From an uncultured candidate division Zixibacteria bacterium (lineage in GTDB: Bacteria; Zixibacteria; MSB-5A5; GN15; FEB-12), in the NCBI GenBank assembly GCA_963664195.1, contig OY760907.1, forward strand, positions 1,888,001-1,952,000: 64,000 nt of DNA, in the 5' to 3' direction. Below the pieces are notes generated by a model. The model saw nothing but the letters and a program-made list of their open reading frames with translations, was not told the origin of the DNA and made no database searches. The position numbers and the translations under genes are program-made. The first letter of the stretch is position 1, and each line of letters begins with the position of its first letter. Shown here piece after piece: positions 9,934 through 21,215 of the stretch.

Positions 9934-11532
9934 ATGAACAAGAAAATCCCGTTATGCTTGCTGGCGGTTTCTGTCCTCTGTCTCTGCTCCTTTGTGAACG
10001 CTACTGATTTCAGCGGCACTACCAGAGTGGGACTTGTGGTCCTGGACGAAGAGGGCAGCCACGCTGTCAATCAGCCCAGCTACAACACGTACCCCGGCCT
10101 GTCGTTATCATTGGAACGATTCAGTGTCCGTTTTGACGACGGCACCAGGCTGTACGGCGACCTGAGAGACATCACGCTCAACAATCGCAATCTGCGAGTC
10201 GGTCTTACCAGGTCCGGCAAATACGGGCTTACGCTCAGACACAATCAGTATCGGCGAAACTACTCAACCGACGGCAGCGATTTCACCCGACGCCGGTTGG
10301 CCGGAGGCCAGGCGTGGGTTCAGCCGATCCCGTCAGTTCGATTGTTTGGCGGGTTGGATCGAATCCTGAGACACGGCACCAGCCACGATCTGTTTTTGTC
10401 AGGCGGTGCCTCGCGCAAAATTGATTACGCTCAGACCACCGGCAATTTCGGTGTACGATATGCCCGTGACCGTCGCACTGCCACGTTTGAGTATCGGTCA
10501 TCGAAGTTTACCGATGAAACCGAAGATCGGTCAGACCGACTGACCAGCAGGATTCGTCTGGTCGCGGCCGCCCCGGTTCCGACCCGCGACGATTTGCTGA
10601 TCAATGCCGGCTTTCAGCATTACAAAGCCGAAGTTCGTACGCAAGAGGATACGTTGACGACCAATGCCTTCTGGGGCGGTGTCACTTATTTTCTTGCGGA
10701 TTACACTTTCAAGTACAGCGGTCTATTCGACAGATCGCGCCGCACAGGCGATGTCGTAGCTACTGACAATATCTTGAATGCTCTGTACGTCAGCCGTAAC
10801 TGGCATCAGAGGTCTGGTGCTACGGTTGGCTATCGTTATCGCACTACCGATGACGCCTTCCTGGACAAGGCAGTCAGCGGTTACTTCCTCTCCGGGTGGT
10901 GCAAACCGGTTACAGGGCTGACAGTCAAATTGGGATACGGCAACGAGCAAACCACTATAAACGACGGTCCCAGTTTGACCGGAGAGAAGAGCTACACGCG
11001 TCTCTGGACCGCGGTCAAGTACCGCAGGGAGAATAGTGGCGTCAATCTGAAGATCAAAAACCGCAAGACAGAGAACGATGGCTATCGCGGCTACGATGAG
11101 AGCACCGACGGTAATCTGAGCAGAGGCATCGCCTACAGCGCTGACTTTGTCGAGGTTGCGACCGATCTCTTCTATTCATCCGGTAAATGGGGTACGTTCT
11201 CTGTTGCCTATAGCTACTCGGATGGCGACTTCACCAACGACAGCGGCATGTTTGCTTATCGAGAACATGTCTTGAGCGGCGACTATGAATCGATATCGCT
11301 TCTGGGACAGTTCGACATCAAACTGGGTGCCACCTATCTGCGCGCCAAACAGGACCTTGATTACGAGAGGTCCAACCTGAGGGGAGCCATTGCGTGGGAG
11401 TTCCGCCCCAGACATCGGCTGGAGGTCAAACTCTCGATTCAGAACTTCGACAATTACATCGACCCCTCGGCGCTGTACACAGAGTATTATACGGCCAACA
11501 TAGTGACCATCAACTTGATCAAGGAGATGTAG
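9934..11532 (+). CDS. MtrB/PioB-like outer-membrane beta-barrel of a porin-cytochrome complex
   Basis: Signal peptide, alternating amphipathic strands, directly downstream of the decaheme; N-terminus similar to paralogue 35220..36797 (LRxxTLNNRNLRxG). Confidence 0.8.
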   Translation: MNKKIPLCLLAVSVLCLCSFVNATDFSGTTRVGLVVLDEEGSHAVNQPSYNTYPGLSLSLERFSVRFDDGTRLYGDLRDITLNNRNLRVGLTRSGKYGLTLRHNQYRRNYSTDGSDFTRRRLAGGQAWVQPIPSVRLFGGLDRILRHGTSHDLFLSGGASRKIDYAQTTGNFGVRYARDRRTATFEYRSSKFTDETEDRSDRLTSRIRLVAAAPVPTRDDLLINAGFQHYKAEVRTQEDTLTTNAFWGGVTYFLADYTFKYSGLFDRSRRTGDVVATDNILNALYVSRNWHQRSGATVGYRYRTTDDAFLDKAVSGYFLSGWCKPVTGLTVKLGYGNEQTTINDGPSLTGEKSYTRLWTAVKYRRENSGVNLKIKNRKTENDGYRGYDESTDGNLSRGIAYSADFVEVATDLFYSSGKWGTFSVAYSYSDGDFTNDSGMFAYREHVLSGDYESISLLGQFDIKLGATYLRAKQDLDYERSNLRGAIAWEFRPRHRLEVKLSIQNFDNYIDPSALYTEYYTANIVTINLIKEM

Positions 11533-11585
11533 CCGTGTTACCAGGAAATACAATCAGGAAACATAGAGTCCGTATGGAGGACAGT

Positions 11586-12710
11586 ATGGGCAAGATCAAA
11601 CTACTGCTGCTCGCTCTGGGAATTCTCGGCGTGTTCATTGCCGGCTGTGATCGAGAGATTACCGGAGATGTTGTGGTGCAAACCAATGCGTCGGAAAACT
11701 GCTTCGCCTGCCATGACGGCGCGAATGCTCTCGGAGCCGACGTTGTGCTGGCCGTTCGTCAGTGGGAAGTCTCACGGCACGCATCCGGCCAGACCATCGA
11801 CCGAAACTCCGGATCATGCCGGGCCTGTCACATCAGTGAGGGGTTTATTGAGGTCGTCACCGGCGAGGATATCGGCACAACTGCCGCGAATGCCATCGGC
11901 TGCTTCACCTGCCACGATCCACACGAGAATGGCGATTTCGAGTTGAGAACCACTGCTGCCGTGACTCTCGGGAATGGCGCCGTGTTCAACCGCAACGAAG
12001 GAAACCTCTGTGCAAGTTGCCATAAGAGCCGTCGTGATGTCGACACTTATGTGGAAGACGATACCGAATTGAGCGGCCATTTTGGCCCGCACCACGGTCC
12101 CCAGTCAGACATGCTGATCGGTGAGAATGCCTATGAGTACGCCGGCTACAGCTACGCCAACTCATGGCACACTGAGGGTGTAACTGACGGCTGTGTCAAG
12201 TGTCACTTCGATGTGGGGATTACTTATCAGCTCGGCGGCCACACGTTCTGGATGGCGTCCGAAGCAGAGGGTGAGAACACCGACGCGTGTAACGTCGACG
12301 GCTGCCATGTCAACGATACGGAAATCGATGATTTCGATCGCGTGACCGCCTATGACTTTGACGACGACGGCGACGATACCGAAGGCGTTGCGACAGAGAT
12401 TGAAGACCTGATGGACGAGTTGCAGACGGCCTTGATCGCGGCTGGACTCCTTGAGTACATCGCCGACGACGACGCCTGGGAGCCTACCGACGGTCTGGTC
12501 GTCACAGATGCTGACTCTGTTGGCGCTGTCTTCAACTGGGTTTTTGTCCACGAAGATCGTTCAAACGGCATTCACAACACACGCTACGCAATGGGTTTGT
12601 TGCGGTCGTCGATCAATTACATCACTACAGGCGACCCGAACGGACTCCCCGGCCATCCCGGTGACTCTCACCCGGTTGCCATGAGGAATGGAACTCTTAG
12701 TGCGCACTAG
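11586..12710 (+). CDS. Multiheme c-type cytochrome lipoprotein (5 CxxCH + 1 CX4CH), probable surface-exposed component
   Basis: Lipobox FIAGC; CFACH, CRACH, CFTCH, CASCH, CVKCH, CNVDGCH; GPHHGPQSDML and EDRSNGIHN motifs; GGAGG RBS. Confidence 0.88.
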   Translation: MGKIKLLLLALGILGVFIAGCDREITGDVVVQTNASENCFACHDGANALGADVVLAVRQWEVSRHASGQTIDRNSGSCRACHISEGFIEVVTGEDIGTTAANAIGCFTCHDPHENGDFELRTTAAVTLGNGAVFNRNEGNLCASCHKSRRDVDTYVEDDTELSGHFGPHHGPQSDMLIGENAYEYAGYSYANSWHTEGVTDGCVKCHFDVGITYQLGGHTFWMASEAEGENTDACNVDGCHVNDTEIDDFDRVTAYDFDDDGDDTEGVATEIEDLMDELQTALIAAGLLEYIADDDAWEPTDGLVVTDADSVGAVFNWVFVHEDRSNGIHNTRYAMGLLRSSINYITTGDPNGLPGHPGDSHPVAMRNGTLSAH

Positions 12711-12741
12711 TTGACGCAAGCAACTCGCATACTGGTTGACG

Positions 12742-12776
12742 CGGCCTCTGGAGATAGCTCCGGAGGCCGTTTTTTG
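12742..12776 (+). terminator. Intrinsic terminator
   Basis: CGGCCTCTGGAG-atag-CTCCGGAGGCCG followed by a T run. Confidence 0.85.
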
Positions 12777-13064
12777 TTCACTACTTCTACCGTGCGCCAG
12801 CCCTGACTCCCGCTTATCTGCCTTGGCAGCAGCATCTTACGGAATTGCTGTCGCTGCTGATCAAATCCAAACGCCCATCCACGGGAACTGCCCGATTTCG
12901 GGGAAATCCTGCAACATTGTGATTCCATAGGCTGTCCGATAGACCAATGACGGGAGTGTTGATATCTTTCAATAGTAGACTCCGTTTGCAACCCTCGTCA
13001 ATATGCGACGTACACCTAAGCTAGTAAGATTGGCAGGCAGGTCCTTCGTTCTGGAGTAAGATCA

Positions 13065-14162
13065 ATGGTTAAGAAAGTAATCGTATTCGGGTTCGTGATT
13101 GTCGTTGTGGCGGCAGCAATCTTCTTTCTTGTTTCGGATGGATCCGCAAACAAAGAGGAAGGCCCCCGCACAATCCCGGTTGCCCGGGGCGACATAATCG
13201 CCAAAGCGCTTGCTGTGGGGCAGATTGAACCCCGCAAGCAGATCGCAGTCAAGTCAAAGATTGGCGGATTGGTGCGCAAGACTTTTGTCGAAATCGGTGA
13301 CCCGGTCAAAGTCGGCGACCCGCTGTTTGATATCGCGCCCGATCCGACTCCGCTTGAGTTTGCCGAAGCCTCCCGACAGGTGGAGCTTTCTCAGGTCACG
13401 TTTGCAAATGTGAAGCGTGAGTATGATCGCGCTGTAACCCTGGAGGAAAAGGGCCTCATCTCCGGCCAGGAATACGAGTCCAAACTCGCGGCCTACGAAG
13501 AAGCTGAGCTCCGGTTCAAGCTCGCCGAGGAGAGACTTGCCCTTATCGAGTCCGGGCGCACGCAGGTCGCCGACCGCGAGGTTGACAACATTATCAAGTC
13601 AACCATCAACGGTACCGTCCTGTCGCTTTCGGTTGAAGAAGGTGATCCCGTGGTGCCGCTTACGTCCTACCAGTCCGGCACCGAGCTAATGACTCTTGCC
13701 TACATGGAAGACCTTGTCTTCAAAGGAAATGTCGATGAAATCGATGTCGGCAAGCTCCGCACCGGCATGGAAGTCGAACTTGAGATCGGTGCCCTGCCGA
13801 ATGCCAAAGTTATGGGCAAACTCAGGACGATTTCGCCGAAAGCGCACCGTGAGGACGGCGCCACCATGTTCGAGGTAGAGGTTGAGATAGCCGACGCCGG
13901 AGACAACTTCCTTCGCGCCGGATACAGCGCCAACGCCGACGTTATGATTACCAAGAAAGTCGACATCCTGTTAGTGCCGGAACGCCTGATCAAAATCGAA
14001 GATTCCGCAGCCACCTGTGAAGTCAAAGACACCACCGGCACGATCACGACAAGGGATATCGAAGTAGGGCTTTCCGACGGAATCAATATCGAGATTCTCG
14101 ACGGTCTCGAAGAAGGTGAACTGCTTGTTGAGCGTCCCCCGAAAGAGATAACCGGCGAGTAA
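13065..14162 (+). CDS. MacA-like periplasmic adaptor (membrane fusion) subunit
   Basis: N-terminal TM, lipoyl halves (VKSKIGGLV..GDPVKVGDPL), coiled hairpin, GLSDG..IEILDGLEEGE end. Confidence 0.92.
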   Translation: MVKKVIVFGFVIVVVAAAIFFLVSDGSANKEEGPRTIPVARGDIIAKALAVGQIEPRKQIAVKSKIGGLVRKTFVEIGDPVKVGDPLFDIAPDPTPLEFAEASRQVELSQVTFANVKREYDRAVTLEEKGLISGQEYESKLAAYEEAELRFKLAEERLALIESGRTQVADREVDNIIKSTINGTVLSLSVEEGDPVVPLTSYQSGTELMTLAYMEDLVFKGNVDEIDVGKLRTGMEVELEIGALPNAKVMGKLRTISPKAHREDGATMFEVEVEIADAGDNFLRAGYSANADVMITKKVDILLVPERLIKIEDSAATCEVKDTTGTITTRDIEVGLSDGINIEILDGLEEGELLVERPPKEITGE

Positions 14163-14183
14163 GCGGGATTCATTGAGTAAGAT

Positions 14184-15416
14184 ATGAACGTCTTTGTTTC
14201 CATTAAGCAATTTCTGAACGATCTGCGTCGCCAGAAGCTTCGTTCGGCCCTGACCATGTTTGGCATCTTCTGGGGGACCTGCTCAATCGTACTACTGTTT
14301 GCATTCGGCAAGGGGATCGGCGAGGCTCAGATGAAATCCCAGAAGGGGATGGGCGAGAATATCGCCATCTTCTGGCCCGGTATTACCGCCAAGGAATTCA
14401 AGGGCCTGCCCAAGGGACGGCGTATTCGACCGACCGACGACGATGTTGCATTTGTCAGATCAAAGGCCGTGACGATCCAGGCCATATCCCCTGAGAACGG
14501 TCGCGGTATGTATCTCAAGTACGGCACGCAGAACACTCGCCGGGATGTCGTCGGCGTCTGGCCCGCCTACGGACCGATGCGAAATCTCATCCCGCAGTTT
14601 GGTTCACGCTTCATCAACGAGATGGATCTTGATCTGCGTCGCCGCGTCATTTTTCTCGGTGACAAGCTCAAAGAAGACCTGTTCGGTGATGAAGATGCTG
14701 TCGGTCAGCAGCTACTCGCCAACGGTATGCCGTTCACCGTGGTTGGCGTTATGAAGACGAAGGACCAGGACAGTTCGTACCGCGGACGCGACAATCGCTG
14801 TGCGTTCATACCCAACAGCACGTATCAGGCGATGTTCTCCGAACGTTACTCCGACGATTTCGTCGTGCAGTGCAAACCGGAGTTCAGCGGTGAGATCAGT
14901 CGACAAGAGGTCTTCAGGATTCTCGGTGCCAAGTACAAATTCGATCCCACTGATGACGGCGCTCTGGCAGTATGGGATACGACCGAGGGGTTTGCCTTCC
15001 TCAAGAACTTCTTCCTGGCCTTTCAGTGGTTTCTCGTAGGAATCGGCGTGGCCACATTGATCACCGGTGCCATCGGTGTAACGAACATCATGAACGTAGT
15101 GCTGGAAGAGCGGACCAAGGAAATCGGTATCAAAATGGCCCTCGGCGCGCGCAAGAGCTCGATCCTCGCCCAGTTCGTATTTGAGACGCTCCTCATCACG
15201 GCTGTGGGCGGCACGCTCGGATTCCTCTTCGCCTGCGTTCTCATCAAGGCGGTCCCCATGTTCCAGCTCGAGGAATACATCGGCGTACCCAGTGTTGATT
15301 TCTGGGGCGGCATAATCGTAACCGTGCTTCTTGGTATCATCGGTTTGATGGCAGGCATTTTTCCGGCCCGACGAGCCGCTAACCTTCAGCCGGTTCAGGC
15401 CCTGAAACTCTTCTGA
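14184..15416 (+). CDS. MacB/FtsX-type ABC permease
   Basis: RSALTMFGIFWG; GVTNIM..ERTKEIGIKMALGA; PARRAANLQPVQALK. Confidence 0.93.
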   Translation: MNVFVSIKQFLNDLRRQKLRSALTMFGIFWGTCSIVLLFAFGKGIGEAQMKSQKGMGENIAIFWPGITAKEFKGLPKGRRIRPTDDDVAFVRSKAVTIQAISPENGRGMYLKYGTQNTRRDVVGVWPAYGPMRNLIPQFGSRFINEMDLDLRRRVIFLGDKLKEDLFGDEDAVGQQLLANGMPFTVVGVMKTKDQDSSYRGRDNRCAFIPNSTYQAMFSERYSDDFVVQCKPEFSGEISRQEVFRILGAKYKFDPTDDGALAVWDTTEGFAFLKNFFLAFQWFLVGIGVATLITGAIGVTNIMNVVLEERTKEIGIKMALGARKSSILAQFVFETLLITAVGGTLGFLFACVLIKAVPMFQLEEYIGVPSVDFWGGIIVTVLLGIIGLMAGIFPARRAANLQPVQALKLF

Positions 15417-15424
15417 GAGAAACC

Positions 15425-16672
15425 ATGCACGTTACCACGCTGTACAACCTGTTCATTCGCGACTTCCGCAAGCAGAAGAAACGGATCACCCTCACACTTG
15501 TGGCTCTCGGCTGGGGTACTATCTCGATCATGTTGCTGTTGGGGTTTGGCGAAGGCCTCCAGCGCCAGATGACCATCCAGAAGCGGGGACTTGGCGAAGG
15601 TATCGCGATCCTCTGGGGCGGGCAGACCACGATTCCGTTCAAGGGTCTTGGGAAAGGTCGCCCGATTCGTTTCACGCCAGATGACGTTGACTATATAGAA
15701 TCCCGCATTCCGGCGATTTCGCGCATAGGCGAGGAGTACTCCCGCTGGGGCGTGAAAGTGAAGTACGGCGACGTCATCCTCAGCGAACACGTAACGGGCA
15801 TCACGCCTGAATTCGAACAGATGCGCAACCATCTTCCCGAGATGGGTGGCCGCATGATCAACGAACTCGACATGGCGAATAAACGGCGTGTCGCGTTCCT
15901 CGGCGATGAGCTGAAAGAGCGTTTGTTCGGCGATAAGGAAGCTGTGGGGGAGACGATCTTCGTCCATGGTACCCCGTTCACCGTGGTTGGCGTGATGGTG
16001 AAGAAATACCAAATGGGCAGTTATGGTGGACCGGATGCCGACAAGATATCTATTCCGGCAACGGCCTTCAAAGCTATCTTCGGTCATAGGTATCTAAACA
16101 ACATTGTCTATCAGGCACACAATCTGGATGACATGAAAGCGATCGAAGGCCAGCTCTTTGAGGTCCTCGGAGCCAAATTCAAGTTTGATCCCGCCGATGA
16201 CCGTGCACTGAGCATCTGGGACGTGGTCGAGGGGGCCAAACAAATGACCAACATCCTGTTCGGAATAAAGATTTTCCTGGGCATCATCGGAGCACTGACG
16301 TTATTGATTGCCGGTGTTGGTGTTGCCAATATTATGTACGTTTCGATCAAAGAACGCACGCGCGAAATCGGCATCAAGATGGCAGTCGGTGCACGCAAGT
16401 CTGTTATCCTGTGGCAGTTCCTGATAGAAGCGCTGATAATCACGTTTGTCGGCGGCGGCGGCGGGATTACTGTAAGCTACATCCTGACCGAAGGATTCAA
16501 GCGCATGCCTATCGAATCAGAAGTCCTGGAGATGATGGGACGGCCAACAATCTCAATCGAAATAGGTATAGTGGTTGTGGTCATCCTCGGGATCATGGGA
16601 CTGCTCTCAGGTATCTTCCCGGCGATGAAAGCCGCTTCGACCAGCCCCGTAGAGTCACTCCGGTACGAGTAG
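15425..16672 (+). CDS. MacB/FtsX-type ABC permease (second paralogue)
   Basis: GVANIMYVSIKERTREIGIKMAVGA; PVESLRYE end. Confidence 0.93.
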   Translation: MHVTTLYNLFIRDFRKQKKRITLTLVALGWGTISIMLLLGFGEGLQRQMTIQKRGLGEGIAILWGGQTTIPFKGLGKGRPIRFTPDDVDYIESRIPAISRIGEEYSRWGVKVKYGDVILSEHVTGITPEFEQMRNHLPEMGGRMINELDMANKRRVAFLGDELKERLFGDKEAVGETIFVHGTPFTVVGVMVKKYQMGSYGGPDADKISIPATAFKAIFGHRYLNNIVYQAHNLDDMKAIEGQLFEVLGAKFKFDPADDRALSIWDVVEGAKQMTNILFGIKIFLGIIGALTLLIAGVGVANIMYVSIKERTREIGIKMAVGARKSVILWQFLIEALIITFVGGGGGITVSYILTEGFKRMPIESEVLEMMGRPTISIEIGIVVVVILGIMGLLSGIFPAMKAASTSPVESLRYE

Positions 16673-16692
16673 AGAGAATAGAGAGGCACGAT

Positions 16693-17397
16693 ATGAGTTC
16701 AGTCATAAGCATGAAACAGGTCCGGAAGACATACCAGACCGGTACCGTCACATTCGATGCCCTCAAAGGAATCGACCTTGAGATCGCCAGCGGCGAGATG
16801 ATCGCCGTGATCGGTCCTTCCGGTTCAGGCAAGTCGACTCTGATGAATCTCATGGGGTGCCTCGATGTTCCCAGCGACGGTGAGTACAGTCTTGACGGTC
16901 GTAAGGTCAACACGCTTAGCTCAAACGAATTGGCCGACATCCGCAACCAGAAGATCGGCTTTGTCTTCCAGGCGTTCAATCTCCTGCCTTACGCAACCGC
17001 GGCGGAAAACGTTGAGGTTCCGTTGTTGTTTGCCAAAGTCAAAGCGCGTGAACGTCGCAAGCGCGTAGCCGAGCTACTGGCGCGCGTGGGACTGGCGGAC
17101 AAGATGAACAACAAACCGACCGAGATGTCCGGCGGTGAAATGCAGCGCGTGGCAATCGCCCGTGCTCTGGCCAACGAACCGGATATTATCCTTGCCGACG
17201 AACCGACGGGCAATCTCGACAGCAAGTCGGGCGGTGAAATCGTCAAGATGTTCAACGAGCTTTGGAAAAGCGGCAAGACGGTTATTATGATTACGCACGA
17301 TATGTCCATTGCCGGTCAGGTGGATCGTGTCGTGCGCCTCAAGGACGGTTTGGTCGAAAACAACGGCTATGCTGTCGACACCAAACAAGCAGTATAG
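16693..17397 (+). CDS. ABC transporter ATP-binding protein (LolD/MacB type)
   Basis: Walker A GPSGSGKS, signature MSGGEMQR, Walker [12 protein letters not shown]. Confidence 0.95.
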   Translation: MSSVISMKQVRKTYQTGTVTFDALKGIDLEIASGEMIAVIGPSGSGKSTLMNLMGCLDVPSDGEYSLDGRKVNTLSSNELADIRNQKIGFVFQAFNLLPYATAAENVEVPLLFAKVKARERRKRVAELLARVGLADKMNNKPTEMSGGEMQRVAIARALANEPDIILADEPTGNLDSKSGGEIVKMFNELWKSGKTVIMITHDMSIAGQVDRVVRLKDGLVENNGYAVDTKQAV

Positions 17398-17526
17398 TTG
17401 CTGCAGCCTCAAACTCCGTGACTGCCAGGGGGTTCCAGGGGCTGTCCCAAAAACAGAAACGGTATACGGATTCGAGGGCTGGCGATAGAGCCGTTTCCTG
17501 GCGGGGGACGAGTCGGCGCCCTCGGC

Positions 17527-18981
17527 CTAGTGCAGTCTCTTGGGTTCACCCGCCAACCAACTCACAATCACCACCGCCACAAAGGCCAGAATAAACGCCG
17601 GTATCAGTTCATACATCTGTGTTTTCAGCATCGGCACGTTGCGCCAGACAACCGTTACAACCAGACCTGTGAGCATACCGGCAATCGCACCCGATTTGTT
17701 CGCCCCCTTCCAAAGCAAGCCAAGCAACACTACCGGTCCGAACGACGCCCCCAGCGCCGACCAGGCATACAGCACGAACTCGAAAATCACGCGGCTCTCA
17801 AAAGCGGCCAGACCAACCGCTACAAGCCCGAGGATGATCAACACCATGCGGTCAGCGAACTGCGTTTCCAGGAAACTCGCAGTCGAGTTGCAGGCGCTCC
17901 GCCCACGGAAAAGAGGCCAGATGTCACGCGAAAGTACCGTTGAGACCACGATCAGTTGTGAGTCGGCGGTGGAGCAGATCGCAGACACAATCGCGGCAAC
18001 CACGAACCCGCCGAGTATCGGAGGCAGGAACTCGCTCACAGCCAACGGAAGCGCCTGCTCCGGGTCGGCTATGACACCAAAATGCACCTTGGCGAACAGA
18101 CCGAAAAACACCGCACCCAGATACGAAAGCACCATCCAACCGAGCGCAATGTGGCGTCCCTTTTTCACGGTTTCAGTGTTCTTGGCCGCCATAAACCGAG
18201 AAAGGATATGCGGTTGTCCCGGGTATCCCAGGCCGATTCCGAGCAATCCTATGACAAAGCCGAACAGAGCGAACCCGGCCTTCCCCGAGGTGAAGCTGAG
18301 CATGTCGGGCGAGGACTCTCTTGCCATCGTCAGAAAACTCTCGAAACCGCCAAGTTCCACAAGTACGATTATTGGCATGCCGATCAGCGCCAGCACCATG
18401 AATACCGCCTGGACGACATCGGTCCAGCACACCGCCCGGAATCCGCCGATAACCGTGTAGGTCAGAATAATGACCGCGCCTATCAGTACTCCCCAGATGT
18501 AATCGACCGAGAACGTCGCCTCGAATGCCTTTCCCGCTGCATTCATCTGTGCGGCCACGTAAGTGAGCATGGCGACGGCGACTATCAGCACCGATATGAA
18601 CCGCAAAGCGCCGGATTTCGGATCAAAACGCTGCAAGATATACTGCGGCAGAGTGACTGCCCCGCTTCCGGCAGTGCTCTTTCGCAGCCGCTCGGCTATT
18701 ACGTACCAGTTGAACAGGTAACCGGCAGCTATTCCCGGCACTATCCAGAAGGCCGACATGCCAAAAAGATATGCCTCGCCAACCAGACCTAGCATAACCC
18801 AACCCGACTCCGCCGAGGCAGATGCCGACAATGCCGAGACCCAGGGGCCTAGTTCACGGTTGGCCAAAACAAACTCTTCAGTCGTCTTTTTGCGAACGCG
18901 GGACGAGTACAGACCGACGCCGACAATCACGCAAGTATATGCGAGAAAAGAGATTGCCAGCCAAAAACTATTACTGTCCAA
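17527..18981 (-). CDS. putP: Sodium/proline symporter (SSS family)
   Basis: LGPWVSALSASASAESGW, GGFRAVCWTD, GLGYPGQPHILSRFMA; probable TTG start after GGAGG. Confidence 0.9.
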   Translation of the reverse strand: MDSNSFWLAISFLAYTCVIVGVGLYSSRVRKKTTEEFVLANRELGPWVSALSASASAESGWVMLGLVGEAYLFGMSAFWIVPGIAAGYLFNWYVIAERLRKSTAGSGAVTLPQYILQRFDPKSGALRFISVLIVAVAMLTYVAAQMNAAGKAFEATFSVDYIWGVLIGAVIILTYTVIGGFRAVCWTDVVQAVFMVLALIGMPIIVLVELGGFESFLTMARESSPDMLSFTSGKAGFALFGFVIGLLGIGLGYPGQPHILSRFMAAKNTETVKKGRHIALGWMVLSYLGAVFFGLFAKVHFGVIADPEQALPLAVSEFLPPILGGFVVAAIVSAICSTADSQLIVVSTVLSRDIWPLFRGRSACNSTASFLETQFADRMVLIILGLVAVGLAAFESRVIFEFVLYAWSALGASFGPVVLLGLLWKGANKSGAIAGMLTGLVVTVVWRNVPMLKTQMYELIPAFILAFVAVVIVSWLAGEPKRLH

Positions 18982-19294
18982 TGTGCCTCCCCGAAGATGC
19001 GTTTTCTCTTTGCGCCAGAGGATAAAAAGACCAAGTTGTCGGCGAATGTCAACCAAAACCGGTTCCTGAAATCGCGCGAGAACGTCGCAAAAACCCATGC
19101 CTGCTGGCGGTGAAAGTGGACATCTAACTTGTTGATAGGCAACCTGCTAGGGCGTCTTCGGCCAGGCGTTATCCACCGAAAATTGTATTCGAAACGTATA
19201 GAATTGCGAATTTATTTGCAACTTTATGATTAATAGGTGCCGGTTTTCTTTAGGTTGTATCTCTAAGTTGTTGCAGGACAATGGGTATTTTTAT

Positions 19295-19309
19295 GGGCAC
19301 GGAAATTGT
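19295..19309 (+). promoter_or_regulatory. Putative sigma54 -24/-12 promoter
   Basis: GGGCAC-GGAAA-TTGT, close to TGGCAC-N5-TTGC, about 50 nt upstream of a PEP-CTERM gene. Confidence 0.55.
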
Positions 19310-19361
19310 TATGTATCTAGCAATATATTGTGCTCAAGAACCGAATCGAAAGGGAATAAAG

Positions 19362-19967
19362 GTGCGGAAAATTACACTCCTATTGGCTGTTGCGTTCATC
19401 TTCATTGCTATGTCGGCGCAGACGTATGCCTTGCCGATGATGAGCGAGACTACCCACCGGAATTTCCGTTATTGGGAAGACGGTCAGACTTCTACCTACA
19501 TGTACGCATCTGTGGTAGACTTCTGGGCGGGTGACCAGCCCGATGGCCATACTGACGGCTATTGGATCGGGTCCGACTTTCAGGAAGATCACCTTGCCTG
19601 GTCGCACAAACTGCCGAAAAACCTTCAGGTTCCGCCGGATGAAATCCTTCGTGCGAAGCTGAAAATCGATGGCGAGTTCATCGACGAAGCCGGTAACCAG
19701 ATCGCCATCCAGGGTACTTGGGATTGGGATCCGCTCAACTACCGTTGGTCTGACAATACTACTTATGTCCTGACTAACGTTCAGGAAGAGGGCTTCTGGA
19801 ACGGCGGAACGCTTGGTGCCGAAGTTTTTGCCAGCGAAAGTGCAATCAGACTGGATCGTGCAGTCCTGATGATGGACTACTCTTACGCGGTCCCGGAACC
19901 GGCCACTATGTTGCTTTTCGGCCTCGGCATGGTTGGAGTAGCAGTTCGTCGCCGGATGAAGAAATAG
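19362..19967 (+). CDS. PEP-CTERM sorting domain protein
   Basis: Signal peptide and C-terminal VPEPATMLLFGLGMVGVAVRRRMKK. Confidence 0.93.
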   Translation: MRKITLLLAVAFIFIAMSAQTYALPMMSETTHRNFRYWEDGQTSTYMYASVVDFWAGDQPDGHTDGYWIGSDFQEDHLAWSHKLPKNLQVPPDEILRAKLKIDGEFIDEAGNQIAIQGTWDWDPLNYRWSDNTTYVLTNVQEEGFWNGGTLGAEVFASESAIRLDRAVLMMDYSYAVPEPATMLLFGLGMVGVAVRRRMKK

Positions 19968-19989
19968 ACGATCTGTCTTGGAAAATCTG

Positions 19990-20019
19990 ACGGCCGGAGC
20001 ACTCTCCGGCCGTTTTTTT
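19990..20019 (+). terminator. Intrinsic terminator
   Basis: ACGGCCGGAG-cact-CTCCGGCCGT followed by a T run. Confidence 0.85.
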
Positions 20020-20153
20020 GTGCCGTTTTTTGTCGGACGCCGATTGATTGCACCCGGATGAGTCTCCTGCAGGTCAGAACCCCTGCGGTTCTGACGATTC
20101 AATGTCGAAACTCCAGGGCAACGCAGTCGCGTTGGTTTCGATCTACTCAATAC

Positions 20154-21215
20154 CTACTCTGGCTTCGAATCCGGCGCTTCCCCAAACACCCCTGCACAAA
20201 CCGTCCCGCACTCCCTACAGCAACCTTCGGCTGTCAGGTTCCACTTCAGTAACCGGTGCCAGTCGCGGCCGATCAATAACTCACCGCAACCATGACAGAA
20301 GGTGCTGGAGCCGTGCACGTCGCGAACATTCCCCGTATATGCGTACCTGACACCGTTTTGGATCGCAATCTCTCTTGCCCTCATCAGCGTCTTGGACGGA
20401 GTGGGCGGGTGATTCATCATCTTCCAGGACGGATGGAAAGCGGTGAAATGCATCGGAACGTCCGGTCCCAATCGATCGACAACCCAGCTGGTCATCTCGT
20501 CCAGTTCGGCGTCCGAATCGTTTTCTCCGGGAATCAGCAACGTGGTCAACTCCAGCCAGACTGATATCTCGTTCTTGAGATAGATCAGGGTATCCAGCAC
20601 CGGCTCAAGATGTCCTCCACAGAGTTGACGGTAGAAGCGGTCGGTGAACGCCTTCAGATCGACATTGGCGGCATCGATATGGGCGAAAAAGTCCTGACGC
20701 GGACGTTCGCAGATGTCGCCGGCAGTCACCGCCACCGTCTTGACACCGATATCATGACAGGCAATGGCCGTGTCCACCGCATACTCCAGGAAGATTATTG
20801 GCTCATTGTAGGTGAAGGCGACAGATTTGCAGCCCCTTGCTTTCGCCGCCTCAGCGATCCGCGTTGGAGACGCCTCGACTGAAAGAGTGTCGGCCTCGCG
20901 AGATCTGCTGATATCCCAGTTTTGACAGAACTTGCACGTCAGATTACAGCCGGCGGTGCCGAACGAAAACACGGTCGATCCCGGGTAGAAATGGCTCAGC
21001 GGCTTCTTCTCAATCGGATCAACTGCCAACCCGCTGGATCGACCGTACGTGGTCAACACAATCTCGCTGCCTTGAGCCATCCTGACATAGCAGACTCCGC
21101 GCTGGCCCTCCTTGAGACTGCAGCCACGATGGCACAGGTCACAACGAACCTTGCCGTCGTCAAGAAGCGTCCAGTACTTCGTGGGCGTGTGGGAGTTTTC
21201 GGTATTTGACGCCAT
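20154..21215 (-). CDS. amrS: AmmeMemoRadiSam system radical SAM enzyme
   Basis: N-terminal CDLC..C..C, DPIEKKPLSHFYPG, CNLTCKFCQNWDIS, AFTYNEP, HFTAFHP. Confidence 0.92.
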   Translation of the reverse strand: MASNTENSHTPTKYWTLLDDGKVRCDLCHRGCSLKEGQRGVCYVRMAQGSEIVLTTYGRSSGLAVDPIEKKPLSHFYPGSTVFSFGTAGCNLTCKFCQNWDISRSREADTLSVEASPTRIAEAAKARGCKSVAFTYNEPIIFLEYAVDTAIACHDIGVKTVAVTAGDICERPRQDFFAHIDAANVDLKAFTDRFYRQLCGGHLEPVLDTLIYLKNEISVWLELTTLLIPGENDSDAELDEMTSWVVDRLGPDVPMHFTAFHPSWKMMNHPPTPSKTLMRAREIAIQNGVRYAYTGNVRDVHGSSTFCHGCGELLIGRDWHRLLKWNLTAEGCCRECGTVCAGVFGEAPDSKPE